Assembly (NCBI GenBank): GCA_051749005.1
Contig: JBNJIC010000001.1
Coordinates: forward strand, 1-38,682
DNA length: 38,682 nucleotides
Source: Halobacteriota archaeon
GTDB taxonomy: Archaea; Halobacteriota; Methanosarcinia; Methanosarcinales; Methanosarcinaceae
Reading direction: 5' to 3'
In this document: positions 1-9,236 of the stretch, in pieces
Layout: every line of letters starts with the position of its first letter
How positions within the stretch are numbered: the stretch's first letter is position 1
Notes under the pieces: generated by a model
The model's input: the letters and a program-made list of their open reading frames with translations, nothing else
Told to the model about the DNA's origin: nothing
Databases searched by the model: none
Position numbers and translations under genes: made by a program

Positions 1-1
1 T

Positions 2-922
2 AATGTATCTATTGAGTTGATCCGTGTCCAGCACAGTATCATAGATGCTGTTTTTGTGGCAGTGCACACTCCTGCAGGTGCTATCCTTTATGCCTGTGAT
101 TTCAAGCTTGACCGTATGCCTACACTTGGTGAGCAGCCGGACTTTGACAGGCTCAGGGAACTGGGGCAGGAAGGCGTAATATGCATGATGGTGGAAAGTA
201 CCAATGCAAAACGTGCCGGTAAGACTCCTTCTGAAAGAATCGCTCATGATATGCTTCGTGATGTACTTCTTGGTACAGAGGAGTCAGATGTTGGAATGAT
301 CGTAACGACTTTCGCTTCTCACATTGCACGTATCAACTCGATCATCCAGTTCGCAGGTGATATGGGACGTATTCCTGTACTTATGGGACGCTCCATGGAC
401 AAATATGTGGTAACTGCAAAGGAAATGGGATACATCGATTTCCCTGATAATGTGGAAGTATATGGTAAGAGGAAGGACATCGACAAGGCTTTCAGGAAGA
501 TCATGAAGGAAGGTAAGGAGAAATACCTCCCGATCGTAACTGGTCACCAGGGTGAGCCTGGTGCTATTCTTTCAAGGATCGCGAACGGTGATACTCCATA
601 TGATATCGAGTCCGGTGATCGAATAATCTTTTCTGCAAATGTGATCCCAAGTCCCATGACTCAGGCAAACCGCTATGCTCTGGAGACCAAGATCCGTATG
701 AAAGGTGGCCGTATCTATGATAATGTCCACGTTTCAGGACACGCATACCGTGAGGATCACTGGGAGCTTCTGAGATTGATAAATCCGGAACACGTTATCC
801 CTGCGCATGGTACCATAGAGATGCACAGTGCCTATATTGAGATGGCAGAAGATGCAGGCTACATACTGGGCGACACCGTACACCTGTTAAGGAACGGTGA
901 GGAATTATATATTGAAGAATGA
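2..922 (+). CDS. rnj: Ribonuclease J (beta-CASP metallo-beta-lactamase), 5'-truncated by window edge
   Basis: Frame is open from base 2. Motifs HSIID, DFKLD, ESTNA, FASHIARI, TGHQGEP, HVSGHA and IPAHG are typical of archaeal RNase J. Sits upstream of GGPP synthase as commonly seen in euryarchaea. Confidence 0.92.
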   Translation, partial: NVSIELIRVQHSIIDAVFVAVHTPAGAILYACDFKLDRMPTLGEQPDFDRLRELGQEGVICMMVESTNAKRAGKTPSERIAHDMLRDVLLGTEESDVGMIVTTFASHIARINSIIQFAGDMGRIPVLMGRSMDKYVVTAKEMGYIDFPDNVEVYGKRKDIDKAFRKIMKEGKEKYLPIVTGHQGEPGAILSRIANGDTPYDIESGDRIIFSANVIPSPMTQANRYALETKIRMKGGRIYDNVHVSGHAYREDHWELLRLINPEHVIPAHGTIEMHSAYIEMAEDAGYILGDTVHLLRNGEELYIEE

Positions 923-953
923 TCATTTGGATTATAACATGGTCGTGTTTAGT

Positions 954-1922
954 ATGGATCTTATGGATGAAATAAAAAAACGAAGTGTTCATGTCGATAA
1001 GGGTATAGATGAAATGCTCCCCATCGAGCATCCTGAAGAGCTTTACAGGGCATCAAGATATTTGCCTGATGCAGGTGGAAAACGTCTCCGTCCTGCCGTC
1101 CTTATGCTTGCAGCTGAGGCAGTAGGTGGTGATCCAAAGTCCGTTGTTCCGGCAGCAGTAGCACTGGAACTTGTCCACAATTTCACTCTTGTACATGATG
1201 ACATAATGGATAATGATGATGTGAGGCGTGGAATTCCTGCTGTCCATGTAAAATGGGGAAGTGCAGGAGCGATCCTTGCAGGAGATACTCTTTATTCCAG
1301 GGCTTTTGAGATTATCTCATCTATGGAGAAGGATCCTGAAAGGATACTGAAGTGTGTGGCTCTTCTTTCAAAGACATGCACGGAGATATGTGAAGGCCAG
1401 TGGATGGATGTTGATTTCGAGACACAGGACACTGTTACAGAAGAAGAGTATCTTGAGATGGTCGAGAAGAAGACATCTGTGCTCTATGGTGCAGCTGCAA
1501 AGGTCGGTGCCCTTCTAGGCGGAGCTTCCGATGAGATCGCAGATGCATTCTATGAGTTCGGACGCTTTGTGGGTATAAGCTTCCAGATACAGGATGACGT
1601 TATCGATATGGTGACACCTGAAGACATACTTGGCAAGGTTCGTGGAAGTGACCTGATAGAAGGCAAGAGAACCCTCATAGCAATCCATGCTTTAAACCAT
1701 GGCGTTGAGCTTGATATATTTGGAAAAGGTGAGGCTGCTACCCCGGAACAGATCGATGAGGCAGTTTCCATACTTGAGAGATCCGGTTCTATCGGTTATG
1801 CTCAGGAACTTTCTGCATCCTACCTTGAAAAAGGTAAGAAGATGCTTGATATCCTTGAAGACTCAGAGGCAAAGGAGATCCTGCTGGCTATAGCAGATTA
1901 TATGGTAACAAGGAACTACTGA
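954..1922 (+). CDS. idsA: Geranylgeranyl diphosphate synthase (polyprenyl synthetase)
   Basis: GGKRLRP, first Asp-rich motif LVHDDIMDNDDVRRG, GQWMD, KKT and second motif FQIQDDVID. Start placed at ATG 954. Confidence 0.92.
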   Translation: MDLMDEIKKRSVHVDKGIDEMLPIEHPEELYRASRYLPDAGGKRLRPAVLMLAAEAVGGDPKSVVPAAVALELVHNFTLVHDDIMDNDDVRRGIPAVHVKWGSAGAILAGDTLYSRAFEIISSMEKDPERILKCVALLSKTCTEICEGQWMDVDFETQDTVTEEEYLEMVEKKTSVLYGAAAKVGALLGGASDEIADAFYEFGRFVGISFQIQDDVIDMVTPEDILGKVRGSDLIEGKRTLIAIHALNHGVELDIFGKGEAATPEQIDEAVSILERSGSIGYAQELSASYLEKGKKMLDILEDSEAKEILLAIADYMVTRNY

Positions 1923-1924
1923 TT

Positions 1925-2090
1925 ATTGTTCCTTTACCTATTTTTCTTCTTTTTATTCTTCATCTTTTTCTTTTCCCTTCAGATTTTACAATTGAAAAAG
2001 ACGATCTTTTGTTTCTTTCTTTTGACTTTACTCCAAATCAGTTTTTTCTGTTAATTTGGTTTACGAATTTCTTTTTTTTGCTTTTGTTAT
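1925..2090 (+). terminator. Oligo-T-rich archaeal terminator region after rnj-idsA
   Basis: Many T5-T8 runs directly after the stop codon. Confidence 0.5.
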
Positions 2091-2142
2091 TCCAAAGAAG
2101 GGTTTTTAAGCATCCGTGATAATGTTGTCTTGGGGAATACTA

Positions 2143-3168
2143 ATGCTCAAAGAAGCGATGTTCTATGAAAAGCTGGATGAGGAGAAAGTTCAATGTAACC
2201 TATGCAATCACAGGTGTAAGATAGCTAAGGGCAAGACAGGTATTTGCGGGGTGCGGGAGAACCGTGAGGGTACGCTTTATTCACTGATCTATAACACTGT
2301 CTCGAGTGAGGCTGTGGATCCTATTGAGAAGAAACCTCTTTTCCATTTTAATCCGGGTTCGAAAGCATATTCTCTGGGCACTATTGGATGTAATTTCAGG
2401 TGTAAGCACTGCCAGAACTGGACGATCTCGCAGGTAAAGCTGGATGAGGCTATGTCTGTGGAGATCACTCCTGAGGAAGCGGTTGCCAGAGCTATTGCAA
2501 CAGGTTGCAGGTCAATTGCATGGACCTATAACGAGCCCACTATCTGGTATGAGTATACATATGATTCTGCAAAGCTTGCAAAGGAGGCGGGCTTGGATAC
2601 TGTTTATGTCACCAACGGTTTCATTACTCCGGAAGCTTTGAAGCACATCTCACCATACCTTGATGCCTTCAGGGTGGATATCAAAGCCTTTACAGAGGAT
2701 TTCTACAGGAAGGTTGCCAGTGCAAGGCTTGCACCTGTTCTGGAATCCACAAAACTTGCAAAGGAGTTGGGGATGCACGTGGAAGTGGTAAATCTCATAA
2801 TACCGACACTGAACGATTCTGATGAAGAGCTGCGGGAGCTGTGCACATGGGTTTATAAGAATCTTGGCGATGACACTCCTATACACTTCACCCGCTTCCA
2901 GCCGTATTATAAAATGAAGAACCTGCCTCCAACGCCGGTAGAAACAATTGAAATTGCTCATGATATTGCAATTGATGTCGGTCTGAAGTATGTTTACGTC
3001 GGGAACGTGTTCCAGCACAAGTATGAAAGCACATACTGTCCTTCATGCGGTGATTTGCTGATAGGGCGTGGCATCTTTGATGTAAACGAGTATAACATTA
3101 CTCCTGAGCACAAGTGCCGCAACTGCGGGGAACCTATCAACATATATGGGGAATATGGTGGCTTATGA
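2143..3168 (+). CDS. amrS: AmmeMemoRadiSam-system radical SAM enzyme (PflA-like)
   Basis: N-terminal CxxCxHxC...GxCGVR, DPIEKKPLFHF, radical SAM CxxxCxxC (CNFRCKHC), YNEP, and C-terminal CPSC/CRNC zinc ribbon. Confidence 0.85.
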   Translation: MLKEAMFYEKLDEEKVQCNLCNHRCKIAKGKTGICGVRENREGTLYSLIYNTVSSEAVDPIEKKPLFHFNPGSKAYSLGTIGCNFRCKHCQNWTISQVKLDEAMSVEITPEEAVARAIATGCRSIAWTYNEPTIWYEYTYDSAKLAKEAGLDTVYVTNGFITPEALKHISPYLDAFRVDIKAFTEDFYRKVASARLAPVLESTKLAKELGMHVEVVNLIIPTLNDSDEELRELCTWVYKNLGDDTPIHFTRFQPYYKMKNLPPTPVETIEIAHDIAIDVGLKYVYVGNVFQHKYESTYCPSCGDLLIGRGIFDVNEYNITPEHKCRNCGEPINIYGEYGGL

Positions 3169-3249
3169 TGGCAATTTTTTGGTCTCTTAATGGCCAAAAA
3201 TCAGCATTTTTCTTCAATTTAACTTTTGTTGCAATTCATTTTGGAGTTT

Positions 3250-3267
3250 CGAACAAAAGGTTTAAAA
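3250..3267 (+). promoter_or_regulatory. BRE/TATA promoter of the tRNA pair
   Basis: Purine-rich CGAACAAAAGG followed by TTTAAAA (3261-3267), about 50 nt upstream of tRNA-Asn. Confidence 0.55.
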
Positions 3268-3313
3268 CCGATAAGTGCATTAGGAGGATTCGTGCGTCGA
3301 AGCACAATCAAGT

Positions 3314-3386
3314 GCCGCTATAACTCAGTTGGTAGAGTGTCTGGCTGTTAACCAGAATGTCACAGGTTCGAGCCCTGTTGGCGGCG
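3314..3386 (+). tRNA. tRNA-Asn(GTT)
   Basis: Acceptor GCCGCTA/TGGCGGC, anticodon arm TCTGG-CTGTTAA-CCAGA, T arm ACAGG-TTCGAGC-CCTGT, discriminator G. CCA not encoded. Confidence 0.97.
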
Positions 3387-3407
3387 TATTCTACTTCCTG
3401 TTTCTGA

Positions 3408-3482
3408 GGGCCTATAGCTTAGTCAGGTTAGAGCGCCCGGCTCATAACCGGGCGATCACCGGTTCAAATCCGGTTAGGCCCA
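3408..3482 (+). tRNA. tRNA with CAT anticodon, most likely tRNA-Ile2 (agmatidine-modified) rather than Met
   Basis: Acceptor GGGCCTA/TAGGCCC, anticodon arm CCCGG-CTCATAA-CCGGG, T arm ACCGG-TTCAAAT-CCGGT. The GGGCC acceptor is Ile-like and the initiator A1-U72 pair is absent. The isotype is inferred. Confidence 0.9.
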
Positions 3483-3647
3483 TCTAATTATTTTAGATAG
3501 CCCTCGTTTTTATCTATTTATCTAACTTATTTAGTATTTTCAATATTTTAAGTAAGCACTTGTCTGAAATTTACTGGGCTGCTACAATAATTAGAAACAC
3601 TTTTACCGGATAGGAAGTAAACCAATATTTATGTTCGATGTGAGCGG

Positions 3648-4300
3648 ATGTCCGCCTGCAGATTGTACTTTTTTTAAATGCGATCTGATGATTTTTGGTG
3701 AATCATATAACCTTGCTAAGGTCCTTGTCAGAAAAAGTAAAGATTCCGGGAATTTTCCTGACCTGCTGACATGATCATTGTTATCGGAAGGGATGGCTAT
3801 GTACCTGCCAGGTTAATCTGTGATTTTCTACTCTTCGATAATCTGACAACAATATAGATCGAGCATTAACAAGGGAACCGCAGATATTCAGGGGATGGCG
3901 ACGCTAAGGTTCACGCTCTCAGTTGATATCCGTGGCAAGAATATCCTTGTTGTGGATGACGTTACAGATACAGGTAAAACACTAACTGTTGCTGTAAAAT
4001 ATCTGGAATTCCTTGGGCCTGCAGAGATAAAAAATGCGGTTCTCCGGCATAAGATATGTTCCGATTTCGTGCCTGACTATTATGCTAAGAAGATAATCAA
4101 ATGGCGCTGGATCATTTATCCATGGGCTGCTTGCGAGGAAATTTCAGGATTTGCCGAAAACATAATCGGTGAGATAACTTTGAGTACCCGGGAAATTAGT
4201 GATGAGTTTATTCCCGCTATAATTTCTCCTTAAAACAATCGAATCTTACAGAAATACTGCAAGATCTTTACGAAAGAGGATTCATAGAATGTATCCATAA
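3648..4300 (+). pseudogene. Disrupted purine-type phosphoribosyltransferase
   Basis: Fragments lie in different frames: FKCDLMIFGESYNLAKVL..FPD (3673-), DMIIVIGRDGYVPARLICDFL..TTI*IEH* (TAG 3855, TAA 3867), then ORF 3895-4233 with PRPP motif ILVVDDVTDTGKT and WIIYPW. A probable further shift occurs near 4215. Ends are approximate. Confidence 0.85.
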
Positions 4301-4343
4301 ACATGAAGATAATAAACATGAAGATAACATAAAGATGAAGATT
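4297..4343 (+). repeat. Short tandem repeat ATAAACATGAAGATA x2 plus a degenerate third copy
   Basis: 4297-4311 and 4312-4326 are identical, followed by ACATAAAGATGAAGATT. Confidence 0.8.
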
Positions 4344-4413
4344 AATTATGGGGCAAAGCAATATTATAAAGTAAGAAATGTAATGTGCATTTCACCCTTT
4401 TGAATATTAGATC

Positions 4414-4746
4414 TTATACTTTTACCTGATACTTCCTTCCTTCTTCTGTTGGATGATAGATGATCCAGTTTCCACTCTTTTCCCTGTGGATAAGTCCGCT
4501 GTCCACAAGTATCGATAAGTGGTAGGAAAGTTTTGAATCGGGCATGCCTGTAATCTCTTTAATAAGGCAGACACAAAGGGGTTGAACCAGTACAAGATTG
4601 AGTATCTTAAGACGTATGGGTGTGGATAGTGCATGATGTATGCTGCTCTGCCTGGCAATACCTTCATCATCTGCTATCCTCATTGCAATCCCTTCAGCTC
4701 CCCCAAGAAGCTTTACTTCGTTTTCTATAGGTTCGGGAATAATCAT
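4414..4746 (-). CDS. ArsR/SmtB family transcriptional regulator
   Basis: ALSTPIRLKIL, LCVC metal(loid)-site-like motif, SKLSYHLSILVDSGLI helix-turn-helix and GNWIIY wing. Confidence 0.9.
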   Translation of the reverse strand: MIIPEPIENEVKLLGGAEGIAMRIADDEGIARQSSIHHALSTPIRLKILNLVLVQPLCVCLIKEITGMPDSKLSYHLSILVDSGLIHREKSGNWIIYHPTEEGRKYQVKV

Positions 4747-4893
4747 CTAGTCACCAATTGGATTTTATATATATTAAAGGCTGTTCTTATTATTGAGACT
4801 AACCATAGAGGCATCTTTGTTTGTAAGCAAGCAGATTCTGTGACAATTTTCAATAATGTTTTTTTATTCTGAAATAGTGATTAAAAAATGGGA

Positions 4894-5718
4894 TTATAGT
4901 GGTAATCCTAACCAGCTATAAACCCCAATCATTTTCAATCCCATGTACAGCATCACTATAATAAAAATATTCTTGAGGTTCTTATGAGATAATTTGTGTG
5001 CAATTTTAGAACCTACATATGCCATTGGTACGCTGGTACCTGCCAGAAGCCCAAACTGAAGTGTGTTTACATAGCCCAGGGAATAAGCAGGCAGATTTGC
5101 AACATTCCAACCGTTATACATGTATGAAAGAATTCCACCAATCGCAACAATAGCCATTACTGCTGTGGAGGTACCCACTGCCTGATGCATTCGGAACTTT
5201 AGTCCCATCACCATGATGGGGATCATTATAACTCCTCCGCCAATTCCTATTATTCCGGACGTAAGCCCAAGGACAATCCCTGCAACTGCATATAATATAG
5301 GAGATTCGGTGATCTCTTCATCTATGTGTGGAGGTTTTGCTGTCAGCATCCTTAAAGCCCCCAGAAGTATAACAATTCCGAATATTGTTTTTAATATTTC
5401 TCCAGGAAGATTGCTGGCAATATAAGCTCCTCCGATAGCACCACAAAATCCAAATGCTCCAAGATAAGTTGCCTGTTTCCAGAGCACTGCTCCTTTTTTA
5501 TTGTGCCCATACGCTCCACTAATTGCTGTTGGAAGAACAACGGCAAGATTGGTTCCAAAAGCAATACGTATTGCAATAGTTGGCTCGAATCCCATTTGGG
5601 TTAATACCCAAAACTGGACGGGGACCATAATAAAACATCCACCGACGCCTAAAATTCCAGCTGCAAGTCCAACAGCTAATCCTGTAATGAGCAGACTAAC
5701 GATTAAGATTATTTCCAC
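4894..5718 (-). CDS. TSUP / TauE-SafE family membrane transporter
   Basis: Two repeats of the G-x-x-GxGGG motif (GILGVGGC, GIIGIGGG), AFGTNL/AVGTST, about 8 hydrophobic helices. GTG start with GAAGGA upstream. Confidence 0.9.
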   Translation of the reverse strand: MEIILIVSLLITGLAVGLAAGILGVGGCFIMVPVQFWVLTQMGFEPTIAIRIAFGTNLAVVLPTAISGAYGHNKKGAVLWKQATYLGAFGFCGAIGGAYIASNLPGEILKTIFGIVILLGALRMLTAKPPHIDEEITESPILYAVAGIVLGLTSGIIGIGGGVIMIPIMVMGLKFRMHQAVGTSTAVMAIVAIGGILSYMYNGWNVANLPAYSLGYVNTLQFGLLAGTSVPMAYVGSKIAHKLSHKNLKNIFIIVMLYMGLKMIGVYSWLGLPL

Positions 5719-5752
5719 ATATATTCCTTCTTTTACTTTATTTATTGCATGT

Positions 5753-5774
5753 TATTTCAATATTTATTGAAATA
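5753..5774. promoter_or_regulatory. Perfect 10-2-10 inverted repeat, candidate ArsR operator
   Basis: TATTTCAATA-TT-TATTGAAATA lies between a minus-strand TATA-like ATATATA (5790-5784) and the TauE-family start. Confidence 0.6.
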
Positions 5775-6085
5775 TTGTTATGGTATATATCTGTAACTAT
5801 TTAAACAAAATCGGAAATACTTTATATTATATCAAAGAATGGCTATTTAGAAATTCTCTAAATTTAGACTATACTACTCATCAATAAAATTTGCAAATGT
5901 GTTTTTGCTATTGATTCTTTTTGCTGAATTCAGGCCATATATTTTGATTTCAGTAGTTTTTCTACAGAGCTCAAAGAACCTATATTTAATTACAATGATT
6001 GTATAAGGAATTGTGTTTTATAATCAAACTCCTTCTTATGGTATTATAATTGAAGCCCTTTTTACCTGCTGTTTTTTTCTGGAGA

Positions 6086-7216
6086 TTACAGTTTATGTTT
6101 TGATTCCAGCATCTTTATAATGCCAGCAGGTCCGTCAAGTTCATAAGCTAGCTCTTGAAATTCCCTGGATTTATCCATAAGTTCTCCCTCATTTATGATC
6201 GCATGGATGTATTCAAGGAGCTGTTCCGGGGATATGGAATAGTCCAGTCTCTTCCCGCATCCATCTTTTTCCAGTGCATTGGCATTGTTCTGCTGTTCGT
6301 TGTGGTCGATGTCCGGGAATGATAGCATGGGGATTCCAAAAGAGAGTGCTTCCATCATCGTGCTGTGGCCGCCGGGTGCAATGACGAGGTCAGAACTTTT
6401 GATGTAAGGGAACTGATCTTCAATGAATCTGAGTATTGTTACGTTGTCAGGGAGGTCGGTAAAATCCTCAGGATCGACACTGGGGCCTGACAGGAGTGTA
6501 TAACTGATGTTTGTGTCCAGTTTTGCAGTTTCGATTACCTTCCTGAATATCGGTTCACGATATCCGAAACCTCCGACTGTGGAAAGCACATGTGGTCTTG
6601 GAAGGTCTGCCTCTGTAACTTCATCATACTTTTTTTCCACCAGAGGTCCGCTGTAGAACAAGGTATCTTCCAGTTCTTCTTCAAATTCAAGGTTCATCTG
6701 ACAGATAGTATATGGCATAGGATAGTCCGGGATGATGATTCCATCTACTCTATGGAATATTGCATTGTAGAATGATTTTATAAATATCCCAATTGCTTTC
6801 ATGAATGTTCCTTTGTTGTAGAAGAATTCCTCCATGTTGGACTGGTTGATCATCAGGTGGACAGGTATCTTCCTGAACATCGAAGCAATGGTGGCAGTGT
6901 AATGGCTGTCTGATACTACTACATGAGGGTCAAACTCTTTCAGTAGCCTGTTGATTTTCAGGATGCCTAACAGTTCCCCACTCCTTAAGGTGGCGAGAAT
7001 TGAGGCTTTAAGGTCAAGGCTGCCTGAATTGCCAACAAGCTGTATCTCGGGAGGTATCTCTGTGGTTCTAAGTCCTTTTTTTTCGATCAGTTCCCTGGAA
7101 TACCCATAGGCACCAATAAGTACATCATGACCCGATGTCTGCATTTTTTGGGCAAGAGGTATGCAGCGGCTGGTATGTCCTAGACCTTCACCGCATACAA
7201 AAAGCATCATTCTCAT
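6086..7216 (-). CDS. GT-B glycosyltransferase, family 28 / MurG-like (MJ1255-like)
   Basis: N-terminal GEGLGHTSR and C-terminal DLVIAPGGHSTMMEALSFGIPML..P...EQQNNA. Confidence 0.85.
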   Translation of the reverse strand: MRMMLFVCGEGLGHTSRCIPLAQKMQTSGHDVLIGAYGYSRELIEKKGLRTTEIPPEIQLVGNSGSLDLKASILATLRSGELLGILKINRLLKEFDPHVVVSDSHYTATIASMFRKIPVHLMINQSNMEEFFYNKGTFMKAIGIFIKSFYNAIFHRVDGIIIPDYPMPYTICQMNLEFEEELEDTLFYSGPLVEKKYDEVTEADLPRPHVLSTVGGFGYREPIFRKVIETAKLDTNISYTLLSGPSVDPEDFTDLPDNVTILRFIEDQFPYIKSSDLVIAPGGHSTMMEALSFGIPMLSFPDIDHNEQQNNANALEKDGCGKRLDYSISPEQLLEYIHAIINEGELMDKSREFQELAYELDGPAGIIKMLESKHKL

Positions 7217-7316
7217 TGTGATATCCTTTCCCTACATCCTTATTTTATTTGTGTGGCTATCTATTTTAATTAACCTTATTCTTTTTCATTTCAAATTCAT
7301 CTATTAATTCATCTCA

Positions 7317-7916
7317 TTAAAATGAAGAATATGCTATCAGAGTGAGATATCCTGCAAGACCTGAAAATAACGGAATCATTAAATTATCGTCCAGTTTGTA
7401 TGTTAGAGTTTCAACTATTGTGGCTGCAAAAGCCATCGATAAAGCTACTATCCAGTTAGAGATGAACATATAGCCGATGAACATGTTCACTATAAATTCA
7501 GATATGACTCCTTCCCATGCCCTTTCCGGGAGGCATTTTATCCAGTTTTTTCCATAGCTGATCCCGATCAAAGCAGCTGCACTGTCACCAAAAGTCGTCA
7601 TTAAAATTGCAGCAGATGCAACCTCTTTTGGGAAAACGCTTATCACAATTATACTTCCGATCAGGAACTGTATATTCCCGCTCAGCTTGTTTTTTTCCTT
7701 TGAGCGATAGAGTTTCCAGAAGATTGGAATCCTTATTTCTTTTTCCACCCGCAAATACTCTATTACAAGGAAACAGCAAAGCACCAGTGTCAAAAAATCA
7801 AGTGTGAGTTCTTTTCCAAAATGATAGTATATTATGACAATAAGTAAAGATACAAAATGTACACTCTTTCTGATGAATTCTCTGAAGAAAGTAGATTGTT
7901 GAATATTTTCTGGCAT
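7317..7916 (-). CDS. CTP-dependent diacylglycerol/polyprenol (dolichol/phytol) kinase family membrane protein
   Basis: RKSVH, FGDSAAALIG, R/K-x-WEG, DDNLMIP motifs; highly hydrophobic. Confidence 0.82.
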   Translation of the reverse strand: MPENIQQSTFFREFIRKSVHFVSLLIVIIYYHFGKELTLDFLTLVLCCFLVIEYLRVEKEIRIPIFWKLYRSKEKNKLSGNIQFLIGSIIVISVFPKEVASAAILMTTFGDSAAALIGISYGKNWIKCLPERAWEGVISEFIVNMFIGYMFISNWIVALSMAFAATIVETLTYKLDDNLMIPLFSGLAGYLTLIAYSSF

Positions 7917-8131
7917 TCTTTTTATCCTTTATTTTTTATTTGTATCCGGGCTTGAGTTTGTCATACGTTATTATTTTTATCTGATTCCATCTTAAACATT
8001 TATTTCAAGTGTCATATTCTTTGGTTACAACCTGGTCAATTCATTGGATGTCAAAACAAATCAATTATATGTAACTACGAATATATTATGTAGCATTATT
8101 TTGATTTAAATGTCATGTGCTGCTTATAGGA

Positions 8132-9169
8132 ATGATCGATGTGAACAATTTAACAAAATGGCTTTCAATTTCGCTTCTAATAAGTGCCATTTCCATTGTT
8201 CTTGTCATGTTCTATACAATAGATCCCCAGACACTGGAACTTATCAATAATATCAGGCCGGAATTTCTTCTGGCAGCAGTGCTCCTGCACCTGAGTTCCT
8301 TCATATTCTGGGGCCTGCGCACAAGGTCTATGTGTGCTTCACTTGGTTTTAAGGTAGGCATCTCAAGGTCGATCGAGATAGTAACATCAAGTACTTTCCT
8401 TGCATCAGTTACTCCTTCATCTATCGGCGGAGAACCATTGAGGGTGCATCTTCTTAATCAGGATAAAGTTCCTGTAGGTAATGCCACTGCAGTTGTACTT
8501 GGAGAAAGATTGCTTGACGGTATCCTTATAATGATGGCCGCTCCGATAGCTTTGAACCTTTACCGGAAGACCATAGCAAATTCTGGTCTGGATATCGTGA
8601 TCATGGCAGGAGAAATATCCCTTGTGCTTGTCTTCTTAATGGTGATGTATGCCGTATGGCATCCTCATCAGACTAGGAAAACGCTTAAATTCCTGATTCA
8701 TCGAATAGCGGGCTTCTTTGATAAAGGGGACGACCCCCGTATTGAACGGATCATGGGTAAACTGGATATGGTCATAGAGGACTTCCACTATAGCATGGCA
8801 TTCTTCATCACCAAAGGTCATAAAGGTCTTCTATTTGGAAGTATCTACACCATACTCTTCTGGCTGGTCGAGTTTGCCATGGTTCCTGTGATCCTCATGG
8901 GGCTGAACCAGTCGCCTTCAATACTGATCTCCTTTGCTGCTCAGGTGTTGCTAATGATCCTTCTGGTAATTCCGGTAACACCGGGTTCAAGTGGTGTTGC
9001 CGAGCTTGGGGCAACTTCCCTGTTCTCTGTATTCGTTCCGGCTTACATGGTTGGGATAGTTGTTGTTGCATGGCGTACATTCACACTCTACATGAACCTT
9101 TTTGTAGGCGGTTTTGTGAGCTTTAAAATACTAAAGGATGCGGATTATATCCGAAACATGATGAAATGA
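8132..9169 (+). CDS. Flippase-like membrane protein (UPF0104 / lysylphosphatidylglycerol synthase TM domain)
   Basis: TPSSIGGEPLR, ERLLD, PVTPGSSGVAE and WR motifs with multiple TM helices. Start uncertain (8117-8141). Confidence 0.82.
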   Translation: MIDVNNLTKWLSISLLISAISIVLVMFYTIDPQTLELINNIRPEFLLAAVLLHLSSFIFWGLRTRSMCASLGFKVGISRSIEIVTSSTFLASVTPSSIGGEPLRVHLLNQDKVPVGNATAVVLGERLLDGILIMMAAPIALNLYRKTIANSGLDIVIMAGEISLVLVFLMVMYAVWHPHQTRKTLKFLIHRIAGFFDKGDDPRIERIMGKLDMVIEDFHYSMAFFITKGHKGLLFGSIYTILFWLVEFAMVPVILMGLNQSPSILISFAAQVLLMILLVIPVTPGSSGVAELGATSLFSVFVPAYMVGIVVVAWRTFTLYMNLFVGGFVSFKILKDADYIRNMMK

Positions 9170-9236
9170 AATACTGACAGGACCATTAAAAGAAACCGAT
9201 ATTCGAATCAATCAAAATAATTATGTGAGTTATAGA

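Noticed and set aside
3408-3482. Initiator or elongator tRNA-Met call
   Set aside because: Lacks A1-U72 and the GGG/CCC initiator anticodon-stem signature; the GGGCC acceptor fits Ile2 better. A tRNAscan-SE isotype model would settle it.
3855-3857. In-frame TAG in the PRTase as a possible pyrrolysine codon
   Set aside because: A TAA follows four codons later and there are frameshifts on both sides. A simple AAG-to-TAG nonsense change in a pseudogene is more parsimonious.
3483-6085. Integrated element at the tRNA-Ile2 3' end
   Set aside because: No integrase and no convincing direct repeat of the tRNA 3' end was found; AT-richness alone is insufficient.
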